From IMG/VR virus record IMGVR_UViG_3300025133_000299, positions 1-38,015 of that record: DNA of 38,015 nucleotides; one strand, written 5' to 3'. The DNA is from a virus (lineage: Duplodnaviria; Caudoviricetes). The notes below the pieces were generated by a model. That model saw only the letters and a list, made by a program, of their open reading frames with translations. It had not been told where the DNA came from and did not search any database. Made by a program: the position numbers and the translations under genes. Shown piece by piece: positions 36,974 through 38,015 of the stretch (within the stretch, counting starts at the first letter, position 1; each line of letters begins with the position of its first letter).

Positions 36974-37487
36974 CGGACTCTTCAGCCTCCTCCTCTTCAG
37001 CCTCCTCCTCTTCAGCCTCCTCCTCTTCAGTCTCTTCTGCGGCTTCCTCTGCGGCTTCTTCAGCTACAGCTTCCTCTGCCTCTACCTCTTCTGCCTCCTC
37101 TACCTCTTCAGCGGGAGCTTCAGCCTCCTCTTCGCTAGGCAACTCGCTGTAGCCGTCACCTATACTCATGCTGGCAAAGTCGGGCATCTCCCTGCTCGGT
37201 GCGGCTACCGGTGCTGTCATCTGTGCTGCAATTCTTGTTTGTAATTCCAAGTACCACCCACCAGACCCGATCACCCCTTCTACGAATGCCTCGGCGGCAG
37301 CCTCAAACTCTTCAAGCGATTGGCATGGAACACTTATGCGTTCGTCTTTGTATGCGGATTTCCCGCTCTCCTGATCCGTGGCAGTTATGCCGAGAATCAC
37401 CGAATCGACACACCCCGATTGAGTCGGATGGCTGTCGTGTACTACTGAAACGTCCCATCGGGTTACGTCATATCGTATATTTGCCAT
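36966..37487 (-). CDS. hypothetical tail-associated protein with Glu/Ala-rich C-terminal tail
   Basis: 173 aa; last about 55 aa are EEEAE repeats. Confidence 0.6.
   Translation of the reverse strand: MANIRYDVTRWDVSVVHDSHPTQSGCVDSVILGITATDQESGKSAYKDERISVPCQSLEEFEAAAEAFVEGVIGSGGWYLELQTRIAAQMTAPVAAPSREMPDFASMSIGDGYSELPSEEEAEAPAEEVEEAEEVEAEEAVAEEAAEEAAEETEEEEAEEEEAEEEEAEESGE
36979..37133. repeat. low-complexity tandem repeat (TCTTCAGCCTCCTCC x3 and variants)
   Basis: 15-nt units encoding EEEAE. Confidence 0.8.
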
Positions 37488-37488
37488 G

Positions 37489-37671
37489 TTATTTGTTCCT
37501 TTGCATCAACCGAGGTTGGCTGATAAAATTCGTTCGTATTATATTCGTATAAATTGTTATTGGAGGAGGCTCATAATACTCAATGTCCAAACCTCCAAAT
37601 CCAGCGTCAATCGTCCTTACGTTTTGACAACCGATTGTCAATGTGCCTGTCAGAAATAATAAACAGATCAT
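37489..37671 (-). CDS. putative small lipoprotein
   Basis: MICLLFLTGTLTIGC lipobox-like, Pro-rich; overlaps the 3' end of the upstream gene. Confidence 0.45.
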   Translation of the reverse strand: MICLLFLTGTLTIGCQNVRTIDAGFGGLDIEYYEPPPITIYTNIIRTNFISQPRLMQRNK

Positions 37672-37900
37672 GGTAATTCCTATGCTGTTCTTTAAGTTCA
37701 GCCAGTTCGATCTTGAGTTGATTAAGTTCAACCCGCAATGCATTAAGCCCGTCGATGAGTTTGATGGTGATGTCCTTATGTTCATCCAATGATCCCGTTA
37801 AATTCGTAAACAGAAAATTCGTCAAGCGCACCACATAGTAGGACACTCCCAACAATGCCACTACCGATATGCCCTGTTCTAATAGCTGCTCCAGTTCCAT
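37607..37900 (-). CDS. single-TM coiled-coil protein (BhlA-holin-like or i-spanin-like)
   Basis: N-terminal TM (GISVVALLGVSYYVV) followed by a heptad coiled coil. Confidence 0.55.
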   Translation of the reverse strand: MELEQLLEQGISVVALLGVSYYVVRLTNFLFTNLTGSLDEHKDITIKLIDGLNALRVELNQLKIELAELKEQHRNYHDLFIISDRHIDNRLSKRKDD

Positions 37901-37911
37901 TCATCATCATC

Positions 37912-38015
37912 CTACGTTATCCCAATAATAGACAAAACGTACCCATCGCCCTCGCCCAACTCGCCTGTGTGAGCAAACGTAATGCGAACATTATCCTCAT
38001 CAACAACCTTCACCG
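37912..38015 (-). CDS. C-terminal fragment of a tail fibre-like protein
   Basis: Hand translation ...VKVVDEDNVRITFAHTGELGEGDGYVLSIIGIT*, open to the window edge. Confidence 0.55.
   Translation of the reverse strand, partial: VKVVDEDNVRITFAHTGELGEGDGYVLSIIGIT

Overview
The window looks like a near-complete, circularly permuted genome of a temperate podovirus-like dsDNA phage, probably with a diderm host. Essentially all real genes are on the minus strand. In transcription order from the integrase (26542 downward): a tyrosine integrase; an early accessory region with a Nop-domain/IS110-C-terminal-like protein followed by a 13-unit array of 36-nt dual repeats with two 9-nt spacers per unit (TIGR-Tas-like RNA-guided system, nuclease-less TasA type); DUF932, two ribbon-helix-helix regulators and an excisionase-like HTH; replication genes (SSB, DEDD exonuclease, RuvC-like resolvase, primase-helicase, DnaA-C-like HTH); terminases, portal, scaffold, major capsid, adaptor, holin/spanin-like genes, tail nozzle and fibres. 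Wrapping to the right end are further membrane proteins, ejection proteins and a 2280-aa polyvalent protein with zincin and ADP-ribosyltransferase-like domains. Two dispersed cis motifs (GGTGTCTACACC x5, ACTAGCTAACTACA x4) point to a regulatory circuit without a CI/Cro switch. All family calls come from motif recognition by eye, not database searches.
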